Both the position numbers and the translations under genes were made by a program. Below the pieces are notes generated by a model. That model made no database searches and was not told the DNA's origin. It saw only the letters and a list, made by a program, of their open reading frames with translations. A stretch of 61,126 bases of DNA, the filler included, from Squatina squatina (lineage: Eukaryota), in NCBI GenBank assembly GCA_031763465.1. It is 4 parts of 4 records of this genome, joined end to end, with 100 filler letters (N's around TTAATTAATTAA, not from the genome) between each part and the next. Parts side by side here need not be neighbours in the genome. Positions count along the whole stretch, not along the records: positions 1 to 14,508 come from JARFOE010000057.1; 3 more parts are not named here. The stretch is one strand, 5' to 3'. Shown here in pieces: positions 1 to 12,849 of this stretch (positions within the stretch are counted from its first letter, which is position 1; every line of letters begins with the position of its first letter).

Positions 1-1029
1 TACTTTGTACCCATTTTATGTCCCAAAAACCAGGCACAACGCATACCCTTGAGTGGAGACATGTTCTGCTTTAGCACCATCACCTGCAGCCTTTGTCTTT
101 GGATGATGCTGTCACACTGCTTGCTAAATATGGGAAGCTATAAATGTCAACATACTTTTAAAAGGATTTTTACCAGTGAACAGGAGGGTCTGTGGGGGAG
201 ATTTTAATGCTATCATTGGCGGAGTGTTCTGTGGATTCAGATGAAGTTGTTCAGAGGCCACACTTGCCCTGTAATTTCAATGTGACCTTACCTTTTAGGT
301 TTGCCAACAATAATAGTAACTGAAACTAAGGAGCAAAATGAAGCCTCCGAGCGTAGGACTGAGGAACGTAGCAGATGAATTTTCAGGAACAGGAAAGAGC
401 CATTAAGCCAAAAAGCCTGTCTTTTGTGTTGTTCAGCTAATGTTGAGGCTGTTTGATCATCACTTTCCCTTTTCAGAAATACAAAGTAATGACCCATTCA
501 GTGTCCTGTACGTGGTAGATCCTGACTTGTGTTTCTCCCCCTCTCTCTGGAATTGCTTCTGTTTCCTTTGGGTTGTTGTGTTATTGTCCGATCCTGCTGA
601 GCTTCTGCCTCCTTTATTTAGAAGCAGGAAATGTTGAGGTTCTTCACACGGGGCTGGAAGTCTTCCCAGATGAGATTGGCTTTAGTTACAGTGCTCCTGT
701 GGCTTTGCTGTGAAACAAATAGGCTTGTGCTATCAGGAGGAAGGTAATTGTAACATTACCTTTGAATTCGAATGTAAGAGGAAGCATACTGGACAGTGGT
801 CAGCTTTTCCATATGAATAATAGTGTTGAGACTTTCTATCCTCAGTACAAGCTCAGTACAAGAGTATTATTTGAATTTTGGAGTGGAATTTGCACTGTCC
901 ATCTCTAACATTGACTGGACCATAACCTTTTATTTCATCAATTTCCTTAATTTCCCTCTGGCTGTCTCTTGTTCTTGGTACATAGTGATCATTTGTACAC
1001 TTCAAAGGACATCAAGAGTCGTTCGTGTA

Positions 1030-1215
1030 GTTTGGACTAGAGTCATGTGTAGATCAGACCAGTTAGTGGGTGGCAGGTTCCCTTCCCTGACCCAGTAAGG
1101 TTTTCATGACATTGCAGCTTACCAGATTTATTGACTTCAGCTTCACAATTTGAATGGGATTTGAATTCATACCCTCTGAATTGCTAGTTCAGTACCAAAA
1201 CCATCACATTACCTT
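1030..1215 (-). mobile_element. Degenerate tRNA-head SINE, same family as 35685-36056
   Basis: Colinear similarity with the 35685-36056 copy (ctagagtca...agacc, ttcccttccct, ccagatttatt, gatttgaattcata, tgctagttcagta..a.aaccatcacattacc). Confidence 0.5.
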
Positions 1216-3539
1216 AACCATACCATATGTTGTCAATGTGCTTCTCATAACTTGTCTTATTGATCTCGCTTGGCAACCTGGTGTTTATTTATGAATAGAT
1301 AAAACCAACATAAAAAGGAGGCTGAACTTCCTCATGCATTCAGTGAGCTTCTCACTTACTTAGACTCCTTCTTACTCTAAGATCCTCACTGCAAGCCACT
1401 CTTCAATCAATCACTCAGAACACCTCACACAAAGAACTTCTCGCTTAGTTAATTTATAGAGTTCCTCACACAAAGAGCTCCTCGCTAACTTACTCAAAGA
1501 ACTCAACACTCCAAGATCCTCATTCAGAGATACTCACTCACTCATTCACTGTGCTGTCTGGATCTTTCACAGTCATTGCGGGGCTTGGAGAATTAGGACT
1601 GCACACTGGCTCCATACAAACAGCGTTTGTCACTTGTGGGATACATGTTTGCACTGCAGACTGCTTGAAATAGCAGATGTCCCTTGCAGTGGTTTGGAAA
1701 GTTTTAATAGCATAAAAGTAAACTTAACTTATATGGCAAGAGCCATCCTTGTTCCAGATGTTATCTGCAGGCTATTGTGCTGCAACTGCCACAATCTGTA
1801 GCAGACTGTCTTGTGAAGTGAAGATAGCGAAGAGAGGTCTACTTTGATATGTCTAGATCAATTCTCGAAATTATGGAACACTATTGGTGCCGCCAAAGGA
1901 ATTCCCATCCTCACCCCTTTGTATTGTGCCATTTTAAATGGCAGCACAATCTAAATAATGAGGGAAAATATTGGGTGGGGAGAGGGTGGGGTAGTGGGTG
2001 AAAGAAAAAAGTGCTAAAATGGTGGACCACCCAGTTTATGCCTGAAGAAAAATGTAGCAAACTGTAGTTACAAATGCAAGACAAATTACAATACTTGAAA
2101 ACAACTCAAAACTGTGAACTCCATTTAAGAAACCTACTTGAGCAGGCAAGGCCCCAGACTGGGGAGTAAGACTGATTTCACGCAGTGAGGATCTGCGATG
2201 GCATTTTTGGAGCTTCGAAGGAACAACAAGGTAAAGTTCAGAGGAGTACTGACTATATTGTATTAGTAAAATAAAAATGGATAAGAAATATTGTGCTGGA
2301 GAGAGAGGTTATAAGTTAAAAGTGAGAGTGAGATACTATTTAAACAGTCGAATAGCGAGATCATCACTAAAGGGACTAACTGGTAGGAGTTACTGAGTNN
2401 NNNNNNNNNNNNNNNNNNNNNNNNNNNNNNNNNNNNNNNNNNNNNNNNNNNNNNNNNNNNNNNNNNNNNNNNNNNNNNNNNNNNNNNNNNNNNNNNNNAG
2501 TCAAAATATACCTGGACTAACCATACACATCTGAATGATGTAGATCTAGTCACAGTCTGTTATAGGTACCTTGTATTTATTAATTACAAATGGAAATATA
2601 TTTTGAGCCATTTGAATAGGTTGCACAGCTGAATTCCTTTTCATGCTTATTCATTCTGATTCAAATGCACAGATCAATCTTAAGGTTAGCATTTCCCTTG
2701 AGGACAGTAATGTGATGCAATAGATCAAAGTAAATACTTAGAGGAAATTGACTTCAAATATTCAAGTGTTTATTTTATGTTGCTATAATTCTGTTGAACA
2801 GGTTTTGCTAAACGAGCTACCTTAACTCCCTAAATTTGAAAGTCCTGATTTGGCAGCTCAATCATTAATATTTCACAATCATGAGGCTAGATTGAGTGAT
2901 TCACAATATTTAGTCTCTAGCTTCTTCTTTCCTTAAAAGGATGTGATCTCTAATTAGAGTGACAGAGCCTCAATCTGTCAATCTTACAAAGTTAACACAA
3001 GTTATGGCATGATTATCATATCTGCTGATGAAGATGTGACAGATACAATCTAGTTTTCATGGAAAAGAATTAAGCAGATCACGTGGTCCTTTTCTGAGGG
3101 ACAATACCACTGGCAAGCACCACTTGACGCTGACAAGGTTACAGTGAGCTTGTTTAAATGCAGCCAGTCACAAATTGCAGCAATTTCTTTTGCCAAACTC
3201 ATTTTGTTTTCAGCTCCCAAATAGAGTTACAGCACACTTTTACAAACTAACGCGCAGGAATTTGCTGAAGCAGGGTATCTCACGGAGTGCCCCGTGGGTT
3301 TGACTTGTTTGTACCTGTTTAAGCTTAAAAAAAATTTGTCCTCACACTTGCTGGAAGTGTAACCTGATAACAAACAGCAAGCATCAGCAAAATCTGGCTC
3401 ACAGACAAAGAAAAACTTGCATCGATATAGCACTAATGTGCATAAGCTATTTCAGAGTGCTTTAACATGAGGAAAGGAATACAATGAATACCAAGTAAGA
3501 GGAAATGGAATATAAATAGAGGGGCTTGGATAGATCAGA

Positions 3540-4060
3540 AAGCACTGTTTAAGAGAAGGACTTTGAGGAAACAGGGAGGAAGCGAGGGTGAAGGGATGAG
3601 GAGAGAGAAACACATTGAGGGTGATTAAATCATTGGCCTCTTGCCACCCATCATTGGAGGGAGTGAATGATAATGGTAAGGAAATGGATGGAGGACAAAG
3701 GGTGAGGCGAGTTACAGCAGAGTGAGGGGAATGAGAGAATACAGAGGTGGGGCATGTATTTCAAAGAGGAAGAGATGGGGTGGTGATGGAAGCGAGAGGT
3801 GGGTAGGAAGAGGAGCAGTTTGTGGGAGAGTGAAGGGGTACGGGATGTGTTGGAATCACTCCCCTTACCTCCACTAGCACCTGGCTTCAAATCCTTCCAT
3901 GCCTTTGCTCTACCCTACCTCTGCAATTTTCTGCATCCCTACATTTTACCATGCATCCTTTTCTCCTCTAGCTCTTCTCCACAGTGCACCACCTTTCCTC
4001 CATTCCACCATCAGCGCAGCCACTGCATTGCTGCTCTTTGCAATAAGGCAGGCCAGCAGT
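3540..4060. mobile_element. L2-type LINE ORF2 3' fragments in both orientations
   Basis: The + strand at about 3880-3980 reads FKSFHAFALPYLCNFLHPY, resembling the L2 ORF2 C-terminal motif FKSLHGLAPPYLCNLLQPY. The purine-rich 3540-3850 stretch looks like a reverse-oriented L2 remnant. Confidence 0.5.
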
Positions 4061-5135
4061 ATTTCAGTCAGACATGAGACTACTATATCTACTTATAGTG
4101 CCCTCACTGGAGGCAGAGCTGTCAAGTAATAATCAGCTGCTCCTCACTAAATTTTCCACATTACTACTGGTATGAATTTTGGTAAATAACTCTTTCCAGC
4201 TAGTTCCCTGGCATCAGCACGCACTGATTCAAATAATAAAAAGAGAAACCTGAGAAAGCTGAAGTTAATCTCAACTTTTTTTTTAGCTGAATCTCTTCCC
4301 TTTCCAGGGTTTCCCACTCCACCCATCACTCCTAGCGAAAACTGTACATCGGAAATCCAATCCAGTTCCCTGGCAATGCTGCTCTGAAACTGGAGGTGTG
4401 TAGGAATGGCCCGGAGAAGGATGACTTTGTCTCCCCTCTTCCTTCATGTGGAAGATGACAGACCTAAACTTGCCTTCTAGCTGTTCTGTGGTGCAACATG
4501 TTGGACTCCAGCAGTCTGCGGCATCCCACCTCTAATTGACTTTTAAATGACATCCAGATGGTGAATTTCCAGTTTTTAAGCAAAGCAGAAGTATTGTCAT
4601 GGTTCTGAATATGAACCATTGTGGAGTGCAAAATGTTATNNNNNNNNNNATTCCAGATATTTTGCAGTGATAACACAGTGCATGCTAATTGGCAGAAGTA
4701 CAATATGTTCAACAACTTTTGACCCATGTCCTGTAAGTATTTTTTATGTAAATGAGCATTTTCTACAACTGGAAGTAATATAAATAATGATTCTGGATTT
4801 GTAAGAAAACATTTGTTGTGCTTCATTCGAAATTGCTGATGTCACATACAGAGCAGTCGCACTGTATGGAGCTATGTTCAGCAGAGTCTATTGCTTTCAG
4901 TGCTGCTAGCATGTTATGGCATTACTATTGACGGAAATGTTCGACACACACTCGAGAATAAGTGCACAACCTCAATAATGTGCTTAATTACAAAGTCAAG
5001 TAGGTTTGCAGTTGTTTATTTCCTCACAAGTAAATGGCCAAAAAGACAAGGTACTGAATTATTTTTCTGGCAATCTTCTCTTCTCTCTGTTTCTTGTGTT
5101 AAGGTACAGCTCCACGGATACCAAAATCACCTTTA

Positions 5136-5371
5136 GTGCCATGCTCAAATTACCAGTCTTCATGTGTGAGCCTATACCTTCTGGCAGGCTGTTCCACCAT
5201 CGGGGGCAACACGTCCAAGAGTGATGCTGCCTCACCCAAATCCACCTAGGTGCTTTCCAATCAGGATTGCTGGGTAACAAAATGCCCTATTTTTCTCTTC
5301 CCAATTGAAGGGTAGTGAGGCCATTTCTAGCATCTTAACCATTGCCCTGGCTGTGATCAACTCAGACCAGG
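5136..5371 (-). mobile_element. AmnSINE2/LmeSINE1-like ancient SINE
   Basis: The reverse complement contains ctggtctgagttgatcacagccagggc, tggcctca, ggaaag, tgggtgagg, acagcctgcc and taggctcacacatgaagactgg, colinear with the AmnSINE2-type consensus as I recall it. Confidence 0.6.
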
Positions 5372-5401
5372 CCAATTAGCAAACTTACATCCTTCCAAGT
5401 G

Positions 5402-5586
5402 TTAGCTTGGCTCAGTGAGTCCACTCTAGCCTCTGAGTCAGAGGGCCCTGGCTTCAAGTACCACTCCAGAATATGACCGCATAATCTAATATAATTGGTG
5501 CTGAGGGAGTTTGGCATTGTTGGAGTTGCTGTCTTTGGGATAAGACATTAAACGACGGTTCTGTCTACCTGTTCAGTTGGACATAA
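5402..5586 (+). mobile_element. 5' (tRNA-derived) part of a SacSINE1-like Deu-SINE, interrupted at TAA by a Harbinger-like element
   Basis: A-box-like tggctcagtg, then gcctctgagtcagag, B-box-like ggcttcaagtacc, and gtgctgagggag...gtcttt...acattaaac. Matches the head of the minus-strand copies at 44760-45150 and 45588-45985. Confidence 0.65.
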
Positions 5587-5935
5587 GGGGCCAAAATTGG
5601 GCCCCTGTAACGTCCCATTAGCACCTCCGAGGAGCGCTAATGGGCCATTTTAAAAAAGAAACGTTGGGAGGCGGCCATCTCGCCTACCGAGAAATTCAGC
5701 TGGGGCGCCTGGCTAGCTGAATTTCGCGGCGGGTTGGTGCGTGACGTCATCAAAACGCCCTCGGTGCTCCACTTGCGTCCCGCGGGTGAAATTCACCTGC
5801 GGGATGCGGCCGCAGCGCGGGGCGGTTGCAGCAACAGTAAAACCTGTCGCTGCAACTTCGTAGTTAGCCGAAAAATGATGGTCCTCGGCCAGATTGGGCC
5901 ACCATCTCCAGTGTCGAGTCGTAGGGTGCGTTCAG
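5587..5935. mobile_element. End of a non-autonomous Harbinger/PIF-like DNA transposon
   Basis: Begins GGGGCCAAAATT right after TAA. GC/CpG-rich and colinear with 9011-9192 (ttagc.c.tccgagg.gc.ctaa, ggaggcggcca, aattca.ctgggg, gctgaatt.cg.ggcgggttgg, tgac.tca). Confidence 0.65.
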
Positions 5936-7842
5936 NNNNNNNNNNNNNNNNNNNNNNNNNNNNNNNNNNNNNNNNNNNNNNNNNNNNNNNNNNNNNNNNN
6001 NNNNNNNNNNNNNNNNNNNNNNNNNNNNNNNNNNNACATTCGAAACACAGGCCACCTAGAACTGGGACTGCTACACAGAGGGTCTTTTCCTGTGTGAGAC
6101 CAATATCCTGTAAACATCAGATTACAGTTCACTTGTGACTTCTTAGAGTTGATGGGAGCTGTGTGATTTTGATATTTTTAGTAACATTGACTAAGAATAA
6201 CACTTTTTCATTGAAAAATAATTAATAATTATTCCCCACAGTTCTTAATCTGTCAACAGAAAACTCGTGCACATGAATCATTGGCCAATTCATGAATGTA
6301 TTTCCAGATGGCAGTCACCCTGAGGACTTTAAGCAGCTATTTTTTGGGGGACCTTTTCATGAGTTTATTGTGATTGGTGTAATGACTTCCCCAGTTTATA
6401 CATCAACTTACTTGTTCAGTAGCCAATTCTCCTCTCAGGAAAGGAGAGCAAGTTACTTTAAGAATTTCCTGTCCTCCTCTATGCTCTAGGTACCTGCTGG
6501 TATAAATTGCTGTATGGCTTCCCCAGATGGCTCAGTGACTAAAGGTACCNNNNNNNNNNNNNNNNNNNNNNNNNNNNNNNNNNNNNNNNNNNNNNNNNNN
6601 NNNNNNNNNNNNNNNNNNNNNNNNNNNNNNNNNNNNNNNNNNNNNNNNNACAAATTCTCATTTTATTTTAAGCTACTTGCTCTGTTCGTAACACAGGATT
6701 AAGATTTTTAGGATGAAAACAAAGACTACTATGTCCTTTGGACATCGAGGTTAAATTAAGAACTGTTAAAAATGTTAAAAAATTAATGTTTGAAGTCTGT
6801 GCAACAGTAGCCTGTCCTCAGTACGGAGGTGGTCTACTGCTTTAATTAATCTGGCTGCTGGTGACCATTCTGGGTGGTCACAGATAAGAAACAAAGCTCG
6901 ATTCTTCTCTCCCAGCCCTGGTTCATGTGCTTAACAGCAAAAGGGTGGGTTGTTTTTGTAGCTCAGAAGCTTGCCTTTATATGCAGGTGCAGCTCCATTT
7001 CAAAATTTTTCTCTGTACAGTCAGCATTCCTCAATTGATTTTTGCCAGATGTTGTTCAGATAGTAGATTTGTGCTGTGGCTGAAACGATCACAATTTTGT
7101 CTTGCACATTAACCATGGAGGCAGCACACTTTTAATGGAACATTTTCATTGGCAAGACTTGCTGGTGCTACAATTATTTTGAGGTAATCCGCCAAAGCTC
7201 ACTGGTTATACAAGAACAATTAACTCCCGACTCCTTTTGAGGCTGCGATGACTCTTCATGGATGAAATTTGTCTTGGGCCGCAGCACAAAACGGGGGATA
7301 AAGCATCGGCAGGCACTCCATTATACATTCTGCCTGATTTTGTTTTCCGTTGACGGGGTATAAAACGGGCTGCCGATTTGCTGTTGCCCATTTTGCATTA
7401 CCGCCCAAGACAAATTTTGCCCCCTTTGTCTGATTTCTCTCTTATTCCACCCTTGGGAAGCTTACTCACCTCAACTCTGCAATTCCCTAAGATGGAAGAT
7501 CTATGATCTTGTCCTTTGGGGAAATGCATGCTCAAACCATATTCTACCATTCCTGGTAAAGCATATTGGAGCTCCAGTCAACAACGTTATTAAATCACCT
7601 TTATACACAGGCAACAGCCACTTTAATGCAATATTCCACAATTATCTATTCGGGCCAGAGTCTACTCATTGACTTCCTGTATTGATGTAATGTGGCACGA
7701 GTACCAGTACTATCGGCAAATTATGCTTCCACATTTCTTTTCTAACAAAACACTCCTGTTTCTGTCCACCAATTTTAGGCCCTGTTAGCAGCAATTCAGT
7801 AATGGATACCATTCTGGAGAAATCTTTCTTTTTTCAAAGCGA

Positions 7843-7979
7843 ATAAGAAATAGGAGCAGGAGTAGGCCATTCGGCCCCTCGAGTCTGCTCCGCCCTTCAA
7901 CAAGATCATGACTGATCTTCTACCTCAACGCCACATCCCTTGATTCTCTTAATATCTAAAGATCTGTCGATCTCGATCT
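7843..7979 (-). mobile_element. CR1 LINE 3' end
   Basis: ataagaaataggagcaggagtaggccattcggcccctcgag...gatcatgactgatc is the reverse complement of the CR1 3' tail seen on + at 38130-38220. Confidence 0.75.
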
Positions 7980-8844
7980 NNNNNNNNNNNNNNNNNNNNN
8001 NNNNNNNNNNNNNNNNNNNNNNNNNNNNNNNNNNNNNNNNNNNNNNNNNNNNNNNNNNNNNNNNNNNNNNNNNNNNNNNAAGAAAAGTCAGGGATGAGAA
8101 AAGGCCATTTGCCTACCAAACCCAGAGCTTCAAAACCCATGCACCGTCTACCCTGCCATTCATTTACTGCATCGATGCAACCTCCTGTGGGAAAAGCCTT
8201 CTGTAAGAAATCCCTGATACCCGAAGGTAGTTACAACAAAACCCTGCACCCATGCTCACATCACTATTCATTCCTCAGCCTGCTGCACAGACAGCATTCC
8301 ATCCCCTGCCTTCAGTCACTGATGCCCCACAGGAGTGTTTAATCATCTCCAGTTGTACACATTGCTTTAACCACCAATCTGCACTCCTCGAGACCTCCTC
8401 TGCTTGCAGTTAAATGCCATATTTTCTTTGGCTTTCTTTTCCAATATACATCAGCACTTGAAAAATAGAGGCGCTTACAGGGTGATTCGAAAGGGGTGTT
8501 TAAAATTATGATGTCACATTTTGATGCTCTGTTTCTTTCAGTACACGTTCCTGTGTCTCAGTCAATGCACTTTCCACCGTCAGTCGCTGTACTTCAATGG
8601 GAAGAAGTGCTAAAAATGACAGGATATCCTGACTTCAATCTGTTGCATCCGCCTTTCTCCTCTGATCACACCTCTTACTCACATTGCTCAAGTTCAGAAT
8701 TTCAGATTGTATACACCTGGTTTTCCATTTCTCATGAAGCCATTAACAAACCCACGTGGNNNNNNNNNNTTAGAATATTAAGGACTGTTCAGTGAGAGTC
8801 GAGTTGCACTTTCTTTTTCTTTTGCCTGCTATGGGAAGGTTAAT

Positions 8845-9010
8845 CCGTACCTAAGGAAGGATATACTTGCCTTAAAGCGGGTGCAACGAAGGTTCACTAG
8901 ATTGATTCCTGGGATAAGAGGCTTGTCCTATGAGCACAGATTGAGTAGAATGGGCCTATCCTCTCTGGAATTTAGAAGAATGAGAGGTGATCTCACTGAA
9001 ATATTTATAA
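8845..9010 (+). mobile_element. CR1 LINE ORF2 C-terminal fragment
   Basis: Translates to RKDILALKRVQRRFTRLIPGIRGLSYEHRLSRMGLSSLEFRRMRGDLTEIF, a typical CR1 post-RT motif. Confidence 0.85.
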
Positions 9011-9192
9011 AGGCTAGAAATTCAGCTCCTGTTGCACCCCGTTAGCGCTTCCGAGGGGCACTAACAGGACAAAATAGCGCCAGGAGGCGGCCAACTCACC
9101 TCCCGGGTAATTCACCTGGGGCTCAAAGGCCTTTACGCCTGGCCAGCTGAATTCCGTGGCGGGTTGGGTTGGCACATGACATCAAAAAGATG
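9011..9192. mobile_element. Harbinger-like transposon end inserted after TAA in the CR1 fragment
   Basis: Junction ...tttaTAA|aggctagaaatt; homologous to 5587-5760. Confidence 0.6.
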
Positions 9193-9292
9193 NNNNNNNN
9201 NNNNNNNNNNNNNNNNNNNNNNNNNNNNNNNNNNNNNNNNNNNNNNNNNNNNNNNNNNNNNNNNNNNNNNNNNNNNNNNNNNNNNNNNNNNN

Positions 9293-10309
9293 CCTGTGCA
9301 GCAGAAATCGCAAGGAGAGGGCTCCTGAGCTTCCCTTTCCCCTGACTGTACTGCAGCCCACGAGGTCCCGGTGCATCACCCAGTGCAGACCCGTGTCCTA
9401 AGCTAAGCTCTGATGGCCGTGTAGTGCCAGTATCTGAGCTGGTGCCTGAGGATGAGAGATGCAGTGACACAGTGCTAGGCTCGTCATCCTCCTCCCCCTG
9501 TTCTACTCCCTCCTGACTGGCTTCCGGGGGCTCAGGCACAGAATGGTCATCTGGTGGATGAATGTCTGAAAGCATAAATGGAACAAGAGTCGTGTGAAGG
9601 TTAGGGTAGCGGGGGCAGGAATGGAGCAAGGAATGCAGGCAGAATGAGCAGCTGAAAAGTTCTACGGCCTTGTGCTTTAACAGAAAAGTGGACTGAGAAG
9701 AGGGCATGCAAATAGAGGGCATGCAAATACCATTGTTGCTCCCTGCGGGCTGGTCATCTCTGGCGGCCACGGGGTCCAATGAGCTGCAGCACTCTCTCCT
9801 CCAGGTCGGAGAGGGGTCTGAGCTCAGGTTCCCCTCCCCCAGTCTGCTGCTGCTGCTGCAGCCTGTTGTGTGCCATCTTGGCCTGCAAAAGAAAGGAAGC
9901 TGTGTGAATAACATTCCAGTTATATATGTGGAAGAGATACCTGCCTTGGTTGAATAGCTGTGAATGTAGGCAAAGTGTGAAATGAGGCTGCGATTGTGAG
10001 TAGGCACAGATGGTTTGTGCTTGCATGTTGGGTTGAGGACTGCTTTGCACTCTGCAAACAGAGGCTGGTATTTAATAGTACTTAAAAAATGTACTCACTT
10101 TGACCACATGACTGAGGTTTTTGAACTTCTTTCGGCACTGTGTCGGGGTGCCACAGCTGCCCACAGAGCCCTGTATAGATGTGGCGCCGGCCTTCTTCCC
10201 GAGGGCGGGAAGAGTTGAGCCCTCCTTTGCTCAACAACCCCCCCATCAAGATCTCAAGGGCCAGGTCGCTGAACTTTCTGGAATGGTGGGGTCCTGGTGC
10301 AGCAGGCAT
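9293..10309 (-). pseudogene. Decayed Harbinger-type Myb/SANT-like (Myb_DNA-bind_5, NAIF1-related) gene, three exons (10309-10099, 9882-9731, 9565-<9293)
   Basis: Exon 1, with two frameshifts: MPAAPGPHHSRKFSDLALEILMG/VVEQRRAQLFPPSGRRPAPHLYRALWAAVA/QCRKKFKNLSHVVK|GTGAGT. Exon 2 follows ttttgcAG and reads AKMAHNRLQQQQQTGGGEPELRPLSDLEERVLQLIG. Exon 3 follows ttatgctttcAG and is acidic/Ser-rich. A GC-rich terminal region ending aattttgaaccc lies at about 10440-10610. Confidence 0.75.
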
Positions 10310-11305
10310 CTCACAGGTTGTGTTCAGGTAACAGTGTAACTGAGCAGAGAGAGCAGGCGATGCCTGAAATGACATCACCTTTAAGGAGTGGAATGCAGTG
10401 GAAGCTCACTTTGAGTCAATGAAGGTCAGGTGAAATTGGCTGCAGCTCCAGTAATCTCCAGTAACCCCTCCAGCGCCCCACTGGGCCCATTAACGCTTCC
10501 GACAGCGCCGCGCTCCATTTTTTTCCCCAAAGTCGCACAATTTTGCAGGCCAGTGCACTGGGTGCTAAAACTTCAATACTTTCACAGGTAGCGCAGGGAA
10601 TTTTGAACCCCATAACTTTCTCTCTCAAGCCTTTTTAAGTTGCTAAAGTACAGCGGCACTCATGATAACAACCAGGTCCTGCTCGAGCACCGTGGAAACG
10701 TTTGAGAGTCTCCTGATTTGTAGTCATAAACACAATCTCAGGTGTTGATATGCTTAACACACTGAGCTTGCTCACTGCTTTAGCAGCTTACATCATGATG
10801 CCATGTCAGCATCATGACATGGGATCAGTTCAGTTTGAAATTCCATGTCCAACTTCAGGGTGCAAATACATGAACATGCAATGTTGCCATTATGTGCCTC
10901 TGAACCATTATCAGATGGTGCTGTATGAAGCCCAGAAAAATGTGGCAGGATAAATGAGGTGATGGGCACGTGGGGCAGTGAGACGGTTCACCCTAGACCA
11001 GCTCAAAATAGGGAAGAGCGAAAGCATCTTGTTCATGCATTTCTCTCTTTCCATTGTCTCTCATGTTTCTCTCTCTCTCCACCCACAGTATTGCCATGGT
11101 TTTTTGTTTTACATGCTTGATGCAGACTATTCAGTTGTCATGGTAATTGTATTCTTTAGCTGAAAGAGGTCTGCAGGTTGCATTTCTGCATCAGAGTCAA
11201 AAATCAAACAGGATGGAGAGGGTGGGGGCTTTAATCTTGCGTATTCCAAGAACGCTACAGGTTCAGTAATGCTTGAGGTCCTTTAATTACCCTTGTTTGC
11301 TTTAG

Positions 11306-11418
11306 AATACTCAGTGCTAAGAATCACGGAGATGCATCAGGAAAGAAGTGGATGTGATGAGAGTTCATTTGGAGCCTGGAGGTTTCTGTTACTGGTGAAC
11401 CGTGTCCAGTATAAATCG
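11306..11418 (+). CDS. Candidate internal exon of an unidentified gene
   Basis: Acceptor ccttgtttgctttAG and donor TCG|GTGAGT. One open frame (phase 1 to 0): YSVLRITEMHQERSGCDESSFGAWRFLLLVNRVQYKS. No homolog recognised. Confidence 0.3.
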
Positions 11419-12849
11419 GTGAGTTGATCTAAAACTGCAGTAACCTGGAGAATCATTCAAACTATTTGCCAGGTGGGACTCTTTAGTATTTTTAAAATCC
11501 AGTGTTTCTCAATCATGGTTCCTGTTCACATGTGCCAATATGTTTACTGGAATACAACAAGCTTTTTCTGCCCAGATATTGTACCTCTGCTCAGAGACAG
11601 GTTGGTCCGCTGTGGATCTGGTTGGCTCAATAAGAGAAATTTGGCAGTGATCTGGTAGTTAGTGACCACTTTGTCACTTGAGGAGAAACCACGAATATGA
11701 CAATCCTAGTAGCCAAGGAGCCATGATTGCCACAAGGCAAGTGGAGGTCTATTTTGTGTATCCCCCCGCCCCAGTCCTGCATTTTGTTTATGCAGTACGT
11801 TGTGTGGGAATTATTTNNNNNNNNNNNNNNNNNNNNNNNNNNNNNNNNNNNNNNNNNNNNNNNNNNNNNNNNNNNNNNNNNNNNNNNNNNNNNNNNNNNN
11901 NNNNNNNNNNNNNNNNTTTGCAGCAGCCATCCCAGAAACTTGCTCAAATGCAGCACTGTTGAAAATGAGCAGGTGCAGCTTGATATAACCTCCCCTTTAA
12001 GAGCTGGAGTGAGCCAGTGTCAAGTACTGAAGGACGATTGCCGCATACAAGTCACCTTAAATTGGGTAGTACTCTGCCCCTGCAGTGCCCCACTGAGGTC
12101 ATTAATGCCTCATTTACCGCCCCCTTCCTTCCTGGGGTGCTAAAGTCCAATTTAGAAGAAGTTAGGATTTGTTTATGCCTGGCGCTAACTTTACAAAATT
12201 TTAAAAGTTAGTGTCCTGTTTCTCCCCCATAGTCTCTTTATACGCTGCTCCTCAGAGAACTTGAGGGCTCTGGACCTATACACCCTGTTTGGTAGGTAAG
12301 GCCATCCGCATGCTCCCTTCCTCCTCTGTGGACTCCCTGCTGCTCTATGTGGTCCTTCCATCTGTTGCTGAATTCCTATTTTCTGATGTAGCTAATATCT
12401 CCTTGAGCATCCTGACGGTTGTGCAGCAAGTACAATAAATAAAAAATGATTTTGCAGCCAACTACAACAGAGAAATACAAGCAAAATGTCTACTAAAGAA
12501 TTCCAGTAATCAAATGATAGCTTACTGTCCCTTTAAGTTACGCTCAACCTGGCTGTCAACCTACACTGTATCACCCATGAATAGTCACTGGCTTTAAAAA
12601 TCAGCGGAATCACTCCAAAATGTTACTAAATAATTCCAAGACCTGATGTCCTAAATATATTCCAAGACCTCGATTTAAACAAATGCATGAGACTCCTGTC
12701 TGTTCATGCCAGAAGCATTAGCCACCTAAATCGAGGTCTGTTCGAAAATCGCATCGAGCGAGCTTTGGATGTTAGGCCTGTGTTTTTTTCTCTCGCTATT
12801 TTCATCCCGCTAACGCCCAGCTCATGCTGAAATTAGTACAGGGCCGGTG

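Noticed and set aside
291-707. Minus-strand exon bounded by tttcacAG and GTAAGG
   Set aside because: It has stops in all three frames and no recognisable homology. It could be non-coding, but the sequence cannot support that.
5402-5470. tRNA gene
   Set aside because: The A/B-box-like motifs are SINE heads (also at 36056, 40640 and 42160); there is no cloverleaf or terminator.
9123-10007. 294-aa ORF as a real gene
   Set aside because: It reads through introns and a gap of the Harbinger Myb fossil; only the acidic exon-3 part is in the biological frame.
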